Assembly (NCBI GenBank): GCA_002878035.1
Contig: PNIU01000035.1
Location: forward strand, 1 to 43,028
Source of the DNA: Sulfurihydrogenibium sp.
GTDB taxonomy: Bacteria > Aquificota > Aquificia > Aquificales > Hydrogenothermaceae
Length of the DNA: 43,028 nucleotides
Direction: 5' to 3'
Below the pieces are notes generated by a model. The model saw only the letters and a program-made list of their open reading frames with translations. It was not told where the DNA came from and did no database searches. Below, one piece after another: positions 1 through 10,296 of this stretch. Position numbers and translations under genes: made by a program. Position 1 is the stretch's first letter; each line of letters opens with the position of its first letter.

Positions 1-29
1 TATCTGGTGTAGGATATAGAATTGATTGA
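1..29 (+). CDS. 3' end of an OmpR/PhoB-family response regulator (partial, runs off left edge)
   Basis: The frame starting at nt 3 reads SGVGYRID-stop (TGA 27-29), the typical winged-helix C-terminal GxGY motif. It overlaps the TTG start of the downstream kinase. Confidence 0.75.
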
Positions 30-1215
30 TTTTATAAAAAATTTAGACGAAATAGAAAAAGTAAGGATAAAAATAACTTTTCTTCTTATTTTGGTATCTG
101 GAATTATAGTTTTTATATTGTCTTCATCTATATACTTTTTATACGAAAATCAAAAATATGTTGAGATAGAAGATAAATTAAAAACGACTCTTTTTGAAAT
201 ATTACCGAAGCTAAACGAAGATATCAGCAAAATTATTTCAATTAATATCGAAAAAAACATGTTTTTGTGTGTTTATGATATGAGTAGTCAAGAAAAATTA
301 TGTATAAACAACTTTAACGAAAAAAAATATTTTTTTTCAAAGTTTAACAAAGAAAATTTAAAAGTGAGCAACGGAACATCTGTAGACCAAAACTTGTATA
401 TTTTAACCTATTACTACAAAAGTGTAAAAGATTTTTATATAGTAATGGGTCAAGATATAACAAAAGTAAATGAAGACCTTAGAAAGTTAAAGAAATCTAT
501 CTTTTTATCTTCTCTTACTGTAATATTTTTGTCTGGATTTCTGGCATTCTCTGTTTCTGGAAGATTACTTAGACCTTTAAAACAGCAGAAAGAAAACTTA
601 GAACACACGCTAAACATTGTAGCCCACGATTTAAAAACTCCGTTATCAGTAATAAATACAAACCTTTACTTGATGAAAGTTAAAAATTTTCAAAACGTTG
701 AAAATCATATGTATCAGATAGAGAAAAATTTAGAGTATATAAAAAGTATAATATCAAATATTGATGCTTTGAAGTCTGTTTCAAAAGAAGATTTAGAAGA
801 TATTAGAGTATCAGAAATTTTAGAAAACATTTTAAATAAATTTCAAACATCAATAAAAGAGAAGAATATAAAAGTTGAATTTAATAAAAGTGAAGATGCT
901 TTATTAAAAGTTAATAAAACAGATATAGAAGTTTGTTTTACAAACTTAATAGACAATGCTATAAAGTATAACATTAAAGATGGTGTTATTAAGATAGATA
1001 TCTCAAAAGATAGTGTAGAAATATCAAATACTGGAAAGGAGATAAAAAATCTAAAAAAGATATTCGAAAAATTCTATAGAGAAGACAAAGCAGGCACTAC
1101 TGAAGGCCTCGGATTAGGACTGTCTATTGTAAAAAAGATATGCCAAAAATATGGTTTTAAGATAGAAGCAGAAAGAAAAGACGATATGAATATTTTTACT
1201 ATTTATTTTCGTTAA
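22..1215 (+). CDS. Membrane sensor histidine kinase (HisKA + HATPase_c)
   Basis: Two TM segments, H-box AHDLKTPL, N-box NLIDNAIKY, F-box IFEKFYR, G2 box GLGLGLSI. Confidence 0.93.
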   Translation: MIDFIKNLDEIEKVRIKITFLLILVSGIIVFILSSSIYFLYENQKYVEIEDKLKTTLFEILPKLNEDISKIISINIEKNMFLCVYDMSSQEKLCINNFNEKKYFFSKFNKENLKVSNGTSVDQNLYILTYYYKSVKDFYIVMGQDITKVNEDLRKLKKSIFLSSLTVIFLSGFLAFSVSGRLLRPLKQQKENLEHTLNIVAHDLKTPLSVINTNLYLMKVKNFQNVENHMYQIEKNLEYIKSIISNIDALKSVSKEDLEDIRVSEILENILNKFQTSIKEKNIKVEFNKSEDALLKVNKTDIEVCFTNLIDNAIKYNIKDGVIKIDISKDSVEISNTGKEIKNLKKIFEKFYREDKAGTTEGLGLGLSIVKKICQKYGFKIEAERKDDMNIFTIYFR

Positions 1216-1246
1216 AAAGGGGGATTATACCCCCTTTATCTTTTTT
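1214..1246. terminator. Probable bidirectional intrinsic terminator between convergent kinase and upp
   Basis: AAAGGGGG-ATTATA-CCCCCTTT hairpin (1216-1237) with A-tract on the left and T-rich tract on the right. Confidence 0.8.
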
Positions 1247-1325
1247 AAGTGTTTTTCTTATCATCTGTTTCACCACTGATTTTTTCACAATGAAAATTTT
1301 TTAAGATGCAAATTTATATCGATTT

Positions 1326-1946
1326 TTAAGTGTTAAAACATCTGTCCCCAGCATCACCTATACCGGGAACGATATATCCTTTATCGTTTAAATCTTCGCC
1401 TGCACTTCCAACATAGAACTTAACATTTTTAAATTTAGATAACTTTTCTGCGCCAACCTTTGATACAACAATATTAAGAGATATTATTTTCTTAGGATTA
1501 TGAGATTCTATTATTCCAATTGCTTTTGTAATCGAGCCTGCTGTTGCTACCATAGGGTCTAAAATAATAACGGTTTTTTCTTCAAGATGTGGCAATCTTT
1601 CGTAGTAAACTTTGCTTTCTAAAGTAGTTTCATCTCTTTTTATAGCAAGAAAGCCTACTTTAACATCTTCCAAAACTTCGAGACAACCTTCCATCATCGG
1701 AAGACCTGCCCTCAGGATTGGAACTAAAACATACTCATCTTCGTTTAGAGATGGAAAATCACTTTCAACAAAAGGAGTTTGTATTCTTCTCATCTCTGTT
1801 TCTTCATTTTTCAAAGCTTCAAAAAGTAATATTTTTGCTATGTTAGAAACTTCTTTTCTGAATTGAGAAGATTTAAGATTTTTGTCTCTCAGTTTTGTTA
1901 GAGAGTTTAACAGTATAGAGTTGTTTACAACAATAATGTTATTCAT
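1326..1946 (-). CDS. upp: Uracil phosphoribosyltransferase
   Basis: Motifs VPILRAGL, ILDPMVATAGS (PRPP-binding) and YIVPGIGDAGDR. Confidence 0.96.
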   Translation of the reverse strand: MNNIIVVNNSILLNSLTKLRDKNLKSSQFRKEVSNIAKILLFEALKNEETEMRRIQTPFVESDFPSLNEDEYVLVPILRAGLPMMEGCLEVLEDVKVGFLAIKRDETTLESKVYYERLPHLEEKTVIILDPMVATAGSITKAIGIIESHNPKKIISLNIVVSKVGAEKLSKFKNVKFYVGSAGEDLNDKGYIVPGIGDAGDRCFNT

Positions 1947-1985
1947 CGTTATTTTTCAAAGAAAAAAGAGCAAAGAGAGAACTCT

Positions 1986-4103
1986 TTACTCGTATAAAAA
2001 TTTATTTTTTGCTTCTACGTTTTCTGGAACATCTTTCAATGAGACTCTAACTCTTCCTAGGTCATCTATTTCTATAGCTTTTACTTTAACAATATCACCA
2101 ACTTTTATAACATCTTTAGCCGACCTTAACCTTTCATCTGATATTTGAGAAACATGCAGTAAAGATAATCTTCCCGGGAATAGTTCAACAAAAGCTCCGT
2201 AATCTTCTACTCTTGTTACTTTACCCATGTATACTTCACCAACTTCTACATCCATTATAAGTTCATTTATCATCTTAACGGCAGCTTCTGCAGACTCTTT
2301 GGACGGAGCGTATACTCTTACTAAGCCTTCTGGGTCTATATCTATTTTTACTTTGGTTTCTTCTATGATTTTCTTTATGTTCTTACCTGATGGACCAATT
2401 ATTATGCTTATCTTTTCAGGAAGTACTCTTAACGTTGTTACAGTCGGAGCGTAAGGTGATATCTCTTTACGTGGTTCAGGTATAGCTTGATACATAAGGT
2501 CAAGTATGTATTTTCTTCCTTCTCTTGCTTGCTTTAACGCTTTTTCAAGAATTTCTCTTGTTAAACCTTTTACTTTTATGTCCATCTGTATTGATGTTAC
2601 ACCATCTCTGGTTCCTGCAACTTTAAAATCCATATCACCAAGATGGTCTTCATCTCCGAGAATATCCGATAGGATAACGAATTTATCCTCAGATTTTATA
2701 AGCCCCATAGCTATACCGGCTACGTGCTTTTTCATAGGAACACCTGCATCAAACAAGGCTAAAGAACCGCCGCAAACGGTAGCCATAGATGTTGAACCGT
2801 TAGATTCTAATATATCTGAAACAACCCTTATAACGTAAGGAAACTCTTCTTCTGAAGGAATAAGTGGTTCTAAAGCCCTCTCGGCAAGGTTACCATGTCC
2901 TATTTCTCTTCTTGAAGTAGCTCTTGGTGGTTTGGCTTCACCTGTAGAGAATGGTGGGAAGTTGTAGTGGAGCATAAATCTTTTCATAACTTCGCCAGAT
3001 TCTAAACTTTCTTCTATTTGACCTTCAGAAAGGGAACCTAACGTTACAGTTACAAATGCCTGTGTTTGACCTCTTGTAAAGATAGCAGAGCCGTGGTTCC
3101 TTGGGAATATTCCTACTTTTATCCATATAGGTCTGATTTCTTCCGGCTTTCTTCCGTCTATCCTTATACCTTCGTTAAGGATTCTATCTCTCATTACGTT
3201 GCTTACTATCTCTTTGTATAAAAACGAAGCCTTTTTAACTTTTTCTTCCGGTATTTCAAGGGCTGTTACGGCTTCTTCAAATATAGCATTTATAGCTTTA
3301 TTTCTCTGCTTTTTATCTGAAATGTTAAAAGCTTCTTTTATTTTTGAGTAAGAAAACTCTTTTAATTTTTCTTTTAAGATGTTTTCTTCTTCATCTTGAG
3401 GAATTACTACTTTCTCTTTTCCATACTTTAGTCTTAATTCTTCTTGAAGTTCGATTAACTTTTTTATCTCTTGGTGACCAAACATCATTGCTTCAAGGAT
3501 ATCTTCTTCTGGAACTTCTTTTGCTCCACCTTCTACCATAACGATTGCATCTTTAGAACCAGCAACGACTATCTCTAAGTCTGACTGAGCTTTCTCTTGG
3601 TATGTTGGGTTTACTATAAACTTACCGTTAACTCTACAAACTCTTACGCCTGCAATGGGTCCTTCAAAAGGAATATCTGAAATGTGTAAAGCAGCCGAAG
3701 CTCCAACTATTCCTAAAACATCAGGGTCGTATTTATCATCTGCAGAAAGTGTATAAGCTGTTATGATTACGTCGTTGTAAAAGCCTTTTGGAAATAATGG
3801 TCTTATAGGTCTGTCTATATTTCTTGCAACGAGTATTTCTCTATCGGTAGGTTTACCTTCTCTTTTTATAAAACCACCGGGTATTTTTCCAGAAGCGTAG
3901 TACTTCTCTTTATATTCAACTGTTAAAGGAAGGAAGTCTACGTCAGCTTGAGGCTCTTCAGCCATTACGGCAGCTACAAAAACTGCTGTATCTCCTTGCC
4001 TTACGATAACAGCACCGTTTGCCTGTTTTGCAAAGTATCCTGTTTCTATAGTAAAAGGAGCACCGTTTACTTCTGTCTGGACCTTAATTTCCTCTATATC
4101 CAT
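1986..4103 (-). CDS. pnp: Polyribonucleotide nucleotidyltransferase (PNPase)
   Basis: Two RNase PH domains (GKIPGGFIKREG, RREIGHG, ESNGSTSMA, EDHLGDMDFKVAG), then KH and S1 domains; follows rpsO. Confidence 0.98.
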   Translation of the reverse strand: MDIEEIKVQTEVNGAPFTIETGYFAKQANGAVIVRQGDTAVFVAAVMAEEPQADVDFLPLTVEYKEKYYASGKIPGGFIKREGKPTDREILVARNIDRPIRPLFPKGFYNDVIITAYTLSADDKYDPDVLGIVGASAALHISDIPFEGPIAGVRVCRVNGKFIVNPTYQEKAQSDLEIVVAGSKDAIVMVEGGAKEVPEEDILEAMMFGHQEIKKLIELQEELRLKYGKEKVVIPQDEEENILKEKLKEFSYSKIKEAFNISDKKQRNKAINAIFEEAVTALEIPEEKVKKASFLYKEIVSNVMRDRILNEGIRIDGRKPEEIRPIWIKVGIFPRNHGSAIFTRGQTQAFVTVTLGSLSEGQIEESLESGEVMKRFMLHYNFPPFSTGEAKPPRATSRREIGHGNLAERALEPLIPSEEEFPYVIRVVSDILESNGSTSMATVCGGSLALFDAGVPMKKHVAGIAMGLIKSEDKFVILSDILGDEDHLGDMDFKVAGTRDGVTSIQMDIKVKGLTREILEKALKQAREGRKYILDLMYQAIPEPRKEISPYAPTVTTLRVLPEKISIIIGPSGKNIKKIIEETKVKIDIDPEGLVRVYAPSKESAEAAVKMINELIMDVEVGEVYMGKVTRVEDYGAFVELFPGRLSLLHVSQISDERLRSAKDVIKVGDIVKVKAIEIDDLGRVRVSLKDVPENVEAKNKFLYE

Positions 4104-4119
4104 ACCGGCTCCTTTTAAA

Positions 4120-4407
4120 CTATTGGTTTGGTTCTGCGGATTCTCTTATTCCAAGTTCTTTCACTATTTTTTTATACCTTTCTTCATCTGTTCTTTTGAG
4201 GTAGTTTAACAACTTCTTTCTTTTGTTAACCATACCTATGAGACCTCTTCTTGAGTGAAGGTCCTTTTTGTTTGCTTTTATGTGTTCAGTTAGGTTCTTT
4301 ATTCTCTCAGTTAGAATAGCTATCTGAACTTCCGGTGAACCTGTATCGTTTTCATGAAGAGCAAACTTTTTAATCAACTCTTTTTTCTTTTCAGCTGTTA
4401 TTGACAT
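4120..4407 (-). CDS. rpsO: 30S ribosomal protein S15
   Basis: [13 protein letters not shown]...KDLHSRRGL signature; AGGAGG SD upstream. Confidence 0.98.
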   Translation of the reverse strand: MSITAEKKKELIKKFALHENDTGSPEVQIAILTERIKNLTEHIKANKKDLHSRRGLIGMVNKRKKLLNYLKRTDEERYKKIVKELGIRESAEPNQ

Positions 4408-4445
4408 ACAAACCTCCTGATAACTTAAAAATTTTTCAAATAAAT

Positions 4446-4454
4446 ATTATAACA
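4446..4454 (-). promoter_or_regulatory. Extended -10 promoter (TGTTATAAT) for rpsO-pnp-upp
   Basis: Perfect TGnTATAAT on the minus strand about 40 nt upstream of the rpsO ATG. Confidence 0.65.
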
Positions 4455-4456
4455 CA

Positions 4457-6196
4457 CTACTGAGTGAAAACGTATTCTCCCTTATACCATCCCCAGACAG
4501 TTGGAAAAACGTTTTTAAGTTTATTTTTAACGGCTACCATCTCTTCTGGAGCTGCTATGAATATCATAGGTTGTTTTTCTCCGATTATCTTGAAAGCTTC
4601 TTTATAAAGGTTGTCTCTCTTTACTGGGTCCAGTTCTACGGCTGCTTTGTTGAAAAGCTCATCTACTTTTGCTTCCCAATCTGTAGCCGGTTTTTTCTGT
4701 TTTGGATACCACATATGCATATGGCCCGAAGATAGCCATACGTTCTGACCAAAGTAAGGGTCCATACTACCTGTAAGACCTATTATAACTGCTTCAAAAT
4801 CATATGTTGACATAAGCTTAGAAACAAGGTTATTAAAGTCTAATCCTTGAAAGTTTACTTCTATCCCTATTTTTTTTAAATCTTCTTTGATGATGTTTCC
4901 TATAGCTTCCCTCTCTTTGTTGCCTGCGTTGGTTATTAACGTAAAACTAAGCTTATGTCCTTGGCTGTCGTATAAAAATCCATCTTTACCTTCTTTAAAG
5001 CCTATCGATAGTAGGATATCTTTTGCTTTTTTTAAGTCGTAAGGATACTTTGGATAGTAGTTTTCATCAAAAAGTCTTCTTTCTGCCGGTGTAACTGCTG
5101 TGTATATAGGATACGCTAAGCCGTTGTAAACCATGTTTATTATACCAACTCTGTCTACTGCGTAGGATATTGCTTGGCGAAACTTTTCGTTTTGAAACCA
5201 TTGAAGTTTATACTTTGGTATCGGTGAGTTTGGATTTTGGTTAAAGACTATAAAGGTTGTGGAAGGTGTAGCTCCAAGGTTGTATACTGTAAAATCTCCT
5301 CTTTTACTGTTTTCGGCTAACTTTGGAAGGTCAGAAGGTCTTACACTGTATACATCACTTTCTCCGGCTAAGAATTTAACTAAAGAAACGTCTGGGTCTT
5401 TTATTATTTGAGATTGAATTTTTAGTATGTATGGAAGTTGCTGACCTTTTTGGTCTTTTTCCCAGTAGTATGGGTTTCTCTCGTATAAAACAAACTGACC
5501 TTGTTGATACTTAACCAACCTGTAAGGACCTGTTCCTACTATCTCTTTTGGGTCAGTATCAACAGTCCAAGTAGAAGTAAATTTTCCTTCTTTTACTGCC
5601 TTTTCAAGGATATGTTTAGGTAGTATAGGCTGACCTACTGCATTTAGAAATACAGCAAAAGGTTTTGGTAATACAAACTCTACAGTTTTATCGTCAATCT
5701 TTCTAACTTTGAAAGGTTTACCTTCTACCGTTAATACATCTCTTGAGGAGGAAGGTATAGAATCGTTGTAGTAAATCTGATTGTAAGTAAATACAACATC
5801 GTCTGCCGTTACAGGCTTTCCATCAAACCATTTTGCATCTCTAAGGTAAAACTTCCAAACGGTACCAGTTTTATCTACTTCCCACCTTTCTGCTAAATCC
5901 GGTTCTGGTAAAAGTGTCTTTTCGTTAATCTTTGTAAGTCCGTTAAACAATGGACCGATAACTGCTGTAGAGCTTGTTTCCTGAGCCATCACAGGGTTTA
6001 ACGTTTTTGGGTCTCCTGAAAGGGTTCTCTTCAGAGTGCCACCTTCTTTACCTACAACCGGCTCTAAATTGGTTATATCGAGCTTTACTAAATGAAACTT
6101 TGTGTTTGATTTTTCTGAAGAAGTTAGGTAAAAAGGTAAAAAACCTATAAGTATTATAAAAAATGCTATAAAGATGTATTTAATCTCTTTTAACAT
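4457..6196 (-). CDS. ABC transporter substrate-binding protein, family 5 (OppA/AppA/DppA-like)
   Basis: GGTL...[30 protein letters not shown] and GTGPY motifs; hydrophobic N-terminal anchor. Confidence 0.92.
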   Translation of the reverse strand: MLKEIKYIFIAFFIILIGFLPFYLTSSEKSNTKFHLVKLDITNLEPVVGKEGGTLKRTLSGDPKTLNPVMAQETSSTAVIGPLFNGLTKINEKTLLPEPDLAERWEVDKTGTVWKFYLRDAKWFDGKPVTADDVVFTYNQIYYNDSIPSSSRDVLTVEGKPFKVRKIDDKTVEFVLPKPFAVFLNAVGQPILPKHILEKAVKEGKFTSTWTVDTDPKEIVGTGPYRLVKYQQGQFVLYERNPYYWEKDQKGQQLPYILKIQSQIIKDPDVSLVKFLAGESDVYSVRPSDLPKLAENSKRGDFTVYNLGATPSTTFIVFNQNPNSPIPKYKLQWFQNEKFRQAISYAVDRVGIINMVYNGLAYPIYTAVTPAERRLFDENYYPKYPYDLKKAKDILLSIGFKEGKDGFLYDSQGHKLSFTLITNAGNKEREAIGNIIKEDLKKIGIEVNFQGLDFNNLVSKLMSTYDFEAVIIGLTGSMDPYFGQNVWLSSGHMHMWYPKQKKPATDWEAKVDELFNKAAVELDPVKRDNLYKEAFKIIGEKQPMIFIAAPEEMVAVKNKLKNVFPTVWGWYKGEYVFTQ

Positions 6197-6368
6197 TTTC
6201 TTCTTTTACAGCCTCTTCCGGAAGTAGTATAGGAATCTCTTCCTTTACAGGGTAGTATAGTCTGCAGGTTTGACATTTAAGATAATCATTATCGTTTATT
6301 TTTGTATACTCTAAATCCCCTTTACAAACTGGACAAGCAAGGATACTTAGTAAATCTTGGTTTATCAT
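6180..6368 (-). CDS. Trm112-like / UPF0434 (YcaR-like) small protein
   Basis: [14 protein letters not shown]...C..C...[11 protein letters not shown] family signature; ATGA-coupled to yggS. Confidence 0.92.
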   Translation of the reverse strand: MINQDLLSILACPVCKGDLEYTKINDNDYLKCQTCRLYYPVKEEIPILLPEEAVKEENVKRD

Positions 6369-7048
6369 CTTCTTTCTCCAAAGAGGGCAGTTCCTATTCT
6401 TACTATTGTAGCACCTTCCTCTATAGCAACTTCAAAATCGTGGGACATTCCCATCGAAAGGTGCGGAAGTTTAACGTTAAAGCTTTTCTCTAAATCTTCT
6501 TTTAGTAATCTTAACTTTCTAAAGAAAGGTCTTACGTCTTCTGGATTTTCAAAGTAAGGTGGTATAGCCATCAGTCCAACTATCTTTAGATGTTTTTTTG
6601 TTAAAGTATACTCAAACAGAGTTTTTAAGTTTTCTTCTCTAACACCAAACTTAGATTCTTCTCCAAAGTTTACTTCTATAAGACCTTCTTGGACTTTTCC
6701 GAGCTTTGAGGCTCTTTTTTCCAGTTCATCTACAAGCTCTTGTCTGTCTACTGAATGTATCATTTCAAAGTATTTAACTGCATACTTTGCTTTGTTGGTC
6801 TGTAGACCACCTATAAGATGCCAGTGTATATCCTTGTAATCTTTTAACATATCTATCTTTTCCATACCTTCTTGAACTCTGTTTTCTCCAAAGTATCTAA
6901 TCCCACACTCGTATGCTTCCAGTATTTTTTCTACAGGTTGAGTTTTAGAAGCTGCAAGTAGTATAACTTCTTCTCTTTTTCTACCACTTCTTATACATGC
7001 TTTCTGTATTCTCTCTTCTATCTGTAGGTAACGTTCTTTTATACTCAT
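6365..7048 (-). CDS. yggS: PLP homeostasis protein YggS/PLPBP
   Basis: AASKT (PLP lysine), [36 protein letters not shown]. Confidence 0.96.
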   Translation of the reverse strand: MSIKERYLQIEERIQKACIRSGRKREEVILLAASKTQPVEKILEAYECGIRYFGENRVQEGMEKIDMLKDYKDIHWHLIGGLQTNKAKYAVKYFEMIHSVDRQELVDELEKRASKLGKVQEGLIEVNFGEESKFGVREENLKTLFEYTLTKKHLKIVGLMAIPPYFENPEDVRPFFRKLRLLKEDLEKSFNVKLPHLSMGMSHDFEVAIEEGATIVRIGTALFGERR

Positions 7049-7049
7049 T

Positions 7050-7529
7050 TTAAAAGTTTAACACTATGGATTTTTCTCCTGCATTTACAAAACTTAGGAA
7101 AGTTGCAGCTCCGGCTGGTTTTTCTACACCATCTATAAGGTCTTCCACAGTATAACCAAAGAGTGTCATAGCAGTTTGGCAAGGGTAAAGCTTTATCTCT
7201 AAATCCTTTGCCTGCTGTATTAGTTGCTCTAAAGATGGTACTTTATGTTGTTCCATCATTGATTTCATCATTGATGTTGCAAAGTCCATCATACCGGGCA
7301 TAATTGTAAGAATCTGTGGGACAGGAACTGGCATAGGCATAGCCGGATTACCTATCGGTGAAACTTTTAAATTTTTATGTTTTTCTTTATGTATAGCGTT
7401 TAGTCCGTAAAAACTGAAAAACATACCAACCTCCATACCCATAGCTGCGGCTGTTGTTCCTATGATGAAAGCTGGTAAAACCTTATCAAGGTTACCACTT
7501 AAAACTATAATTCCTACCCTTGTTGCCAT
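7050..7529 (-). CDS. DsrE2/DrsE-like (YrkE-like) putative sulfur-carrier protein
   Basis: SGNLDK..PAFII...AAAMGMEV.MFFSFYGL and YPCQTAM with the conserved Cys; C-terminal AGAATF. Confidence 0.85.
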   Translation of the reverse strand: MATRVGIIVLSGNLDKVLPAFIIGTTAAAMGMEVGMFFSFYGLNAIHKEKHKNLKVSPIGNPAMPMPVPVPQILTIMPGMMDFATSMMKSMMEQHKVPSLEQLIQQAKDLEIKLYPCQTAMTLFGYTVEDLIDGVEKPAGAATFLSFVNAGEKSIVLNF

Positions 7530-7563
7530 AACTTCTCCTTATATAAAAACATATTTAATATAT

Positions 7564-8883
7564 TTATTGTATAACTCTTAATATGTCGTTGAAAATGACG
7601 TATATCATCAGAGTTCCAAGAAGGGCAAACCCAAAGTAAGCTAAGTATTCTTTTGCTTTTTCTGGAAGAGGTCTTCTTATGATGGTCTCAATTAAAAGTA
7701 TCAGTATTAAGCCTCCGTCCAACACAGGTATAGGAAGTAAGTTTAGATATCCAAGCTGAAGAGAGATAAATGCCATGGCAAACAGGAAGGTTGTTATTCC
7801 AGTTTCCAATGCTTCACCAGAAAACTTAGCGATAGATATTGGCCCTCCAAGTGTTTTAAAGGAGACTTCACCAGTTATTAAACCTACCACAACGTTGTAT
7901 ATAGCCACTGTGAGTTCTTTTGTTTTGTCTATGGCTTTTCCAACGGCTTCCGTTAGAGGGTATTTTATCGTTTTTGTTTCAAACTTTGGAGAGATACCTA
8001 TTGTGTATTTTTTCAACTCTTCACTATACTGAGGTTCTAACGTTATACTAAAAACTTTGTTATCTCTTTTTATGAGAAGGTTTATAGGTTGTTTTTCTTT
8101 TAAAGAAGCCATAAAATCTACAAACTCAAACCAACTGTTTATAGGTTTACCGTTAACTCCTATAATCAAATCTCCTTCTTTTATTCCTGCTTTTGCTGCT
8201 GGTGTGTTTTCTAAAACTTTACCAACTTTTGCAGGAAAAACTGGCGATATACCAAAAGATGTTTTTGTCATGTCATCAGGTAAGTTAACGGAAACTTTTT
8301 GAATAACACCATTTCTAAGTAGTTCAATCTCTACAGTTTTTCCAGATTTCATTCCAAGTTCTACTGTAAACTCTTTCCAATTTTTTACTTCTTTACCGTT
8401 TACTTTAACTATCTTATCGAAAGGTTGAATACCTACTTTTTCTGCTACTGAGCCTTTTTCTACGTAACCTACTACAACAGGTTCAGATAAGTATGCAGGT
8501 TCTTTTGTTCCTACAGTGTAAACCACTACGAATAAAACTATAGCTAAAACTATGTTAAACAAAGGTCCAGCAAAGGCTATAAGCATCTTCTGCCAGTTTG
8601 GTTTAGAATGGAAAGACCTTGGGTCTTGGTAGGCAGATTTATCTACCTCACCTTGTAAAGGTTCAGTCATAGAGTCTTCTCCATACATTTTTACGTATCC
8701 ACCAAGAGGTATAAGAGCTATCTGGTATTCGGTCTCTTTTCCTTTCCATTTGAATATAGGCGGTCCAAAACCTATTGAAAAAGACTCAACCTTTACACCA
8801 AACATTCTTGCAAACAAAAAGTGTCCAAGCTCATGAATAGTTATTAAAACTCCAAGCATGATTAAAAAAGCTAAAGCCGTCAA
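7564..8883 (-). CDS. rseP: RIP metalloprotease RseP (M50, two PDZ domains)
   Basis: HELGH zinc motif, FSIGFG, PLGGYVKM, AGPLFN, NLLPIPVLDGG; TTG start with GGAGG SD. Confidence 0.96.
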   Translation of the reverse strand: MTALAFLIMLGVLITIHELGHFLFARMFGVKVESFSIGFGPPIFKWKGKETEYQIALIPLGGYVKMYGEDSMTEPLQGEVDKSAYQDPRSFHSKPNWQKMLIAFAGPLFNIVLAIVLFVVVYTVGTKEPAYLSEPVVVGYVEKGSVAEKVGIQPFDKIVKVNGKEVKNWKEFTVELGMKSGKTVEIELLRNGVIQKVSVNLPDDMTKTSFGISPVFPAKVGKVLENTPAAKAGIKEGDLIIGVNGKPINSWFEFVDFMASLKEKQPINLLIKRDNKVFSITLEPQYSEELKKYTIGISPKFETKTIKYPLTEAVGKAIDKTKELTVAIYNVVVGLITGEVSFKTLGGPISIAKFSGEALETGITTFLFAMAFISLQLGYLNLLPIPVLDGGLILILLIETIIRRPLPEKAKEYLAYFGFALLGTLMIYVIFNDILRVIQ

Positions 8884-8925
8884 TCTAAAAACCTCCTAAA
8901 TTTTACAATTTAAATTATAACTAAC

Positions 8926-10296
8926 TTATCTTTCAGCCAGTGTGGAACAAATCTTCTCTTGTAGCTTGTTTGCCACTTCTGTAGACTTTAAATCGTTTGT
9001 CAGTATGGAGAATACATAAACTTCTCCACTTTTTGATAATACATAGCCGGATAGATTCTTAACACCTTTTATATAACCTGTTTTAGCATAAACCTTTCCT
9101 TTGATTTCATAAAACCTGTGTTTTAAAGTTCCATCTACACCGGAAATTGCTAAAGAATGGTAAAAATCAAAAAAGTAAGGTGTGTTGTATATGTAAGACA
9201 GTATTTTTACCAAACTTTCTGCGGTAATTAAATTGTATCTTGATAGTCCGCTTCCGTCGTAAATACGTATGTTATTTATGTTAACACCTATCTCTCTTAA
9301 AGTATTCAAAACTACTCTTGCAGATGTTTCAGAGTCTCCTTTTCCGAAAATTTCTCTTCCTAATGTCCTAAATATCTGTTCTGCGTAAAAGTTATCACTG
9401 TTTTTATTAGTCTTTTTTATTATATCCTTTAAAGGTATAGAGTAGTGTGTAACCAACGTTTTAAGGTTAGAAGGAGTATTTTCTATAAAATACCTTCCTT
9501 TTACCTGTATACCAGAATTTTTTAGTATGGTATAAAATGCCGATGTTGTAAAAATTGCTGGATTTTTTACAGGAATAGATATCTCAAACTGAGTTCCGGC
9601 TTTTACACTTCCAGATATGTATATTTTGTTTCCTTCAACCTTTACAGAGTAGCCTGTATGATGTTTTGATACTTTAAGTGTATTTACAACTTGGTAGTAA
9701 CTGTTTTCTGGGTAAAATTCTACGGAAACCTTTTTACTACCAACAAACACTTTTACAGTTAGACAATTTTCATTTAATGAAAGTCCGCTGAAAGGAGCAG
9801 TAAAGCAGTAATCAAAATCTTTTTCTGGCCATCCATAGCCTCTTCCCTCTTCAGAAAAAAATGAACCATCTCCTACAACGTTACCATCTATCTTTTTTAT
9901 GCCTATCTCTTTTAATTGTTTTACGATACTCTTAAGGTCTTCTTCAGTTAAAGAAGGGTCTCCACCACCTTTTAAATAAAGGTTACCAAACAGCACGCCG
10001 TCCTTTATATAACCATCTGTCAGAACCAGAGTTTTAAACCTATAATCAGGAGTAAGTTTTAAAAGAGCCGTTGAAGTGGTTAGTATTTTCTGGTTTGAAG
10101 CCGGAATCAAAGGCATCTGATGGTTTAAAAAAAATTTAAAATTGTCTTTCGTTAAAGACTCTACATAAATACCAACCTTTACATCATGGTCCTTTAAAAC
10201 ATCGTTAACTATAATTTGGATATCATCTTTTACAGTGTTAGCCAAAACAGAGTAAAAAATTAAAAGTAAAGAAAAGATAAAGGCCTTTAACTTCAT
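8926..10296 (-). CDS. dacB: D-Ala-D-Ala carboxypeptidase/endopeptidase PBP4 (peptidase S13)
   Basis: PASNQK (SxxK), SDN, DGSGLSR and KTG motifs; signal peptide. Confidence 0.94.
   Translation of the reverse strand: MKLKAFIFSLLLIFYSVLANTVKDDIQIIVNDVLKDHDVKVGIYVESLTKDNFKFFLNHQMPLIPASNQKILTTSTALLKLTPDYRFKTLVLTDGYIKDGVLFGNLYLKGGGDPSLTEEDLKSIVKQLKEIGIKKIDGNVVGDGSFFSEEGRGYGWPEKDFDYCFTAPFSGLSLNENCLTVKVFVGSKKVSVEFYPENSYYQVVNTLKVSKHHTGYSVKVEGNKIYISGSVKAGTQFEISIPVKNPAIFTTSAFYTILKNSGIQVKGRYFIENTPSNLKTLVTHYSIPLKDIIKKTNKNSDNFYAEQIFRTLGREIFGKGDSETSARVVLNTLREIGVNINNIRIYDGSGLSRYNLITAESLVKILSYIYNTPYFFDFYHSLAISGVDGTLKHRFYEIKGKVYAKTGYIKGVKNLSGYVLSKSGEVYVFSILTNDLKSTEVANKLQEKICSTLAER

Noticed and set aside
1242-1334. 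12-bp direct repeat TTTTTAAGTGTT (1242-1253, 1323-1334) and a TTTGCA half sigma54-like motif downstream of upp
   Set aside because: Low-complexity repeat plausible by chance; the -24 GG is absent; no ORF with an SD.
4408-4445. S15 autoregulatory leader upstream of rpsO
   Set aside because: Predicted 5' UTR is only about 32 nt and AU-rich with one weak hairpin; no supportable structure.
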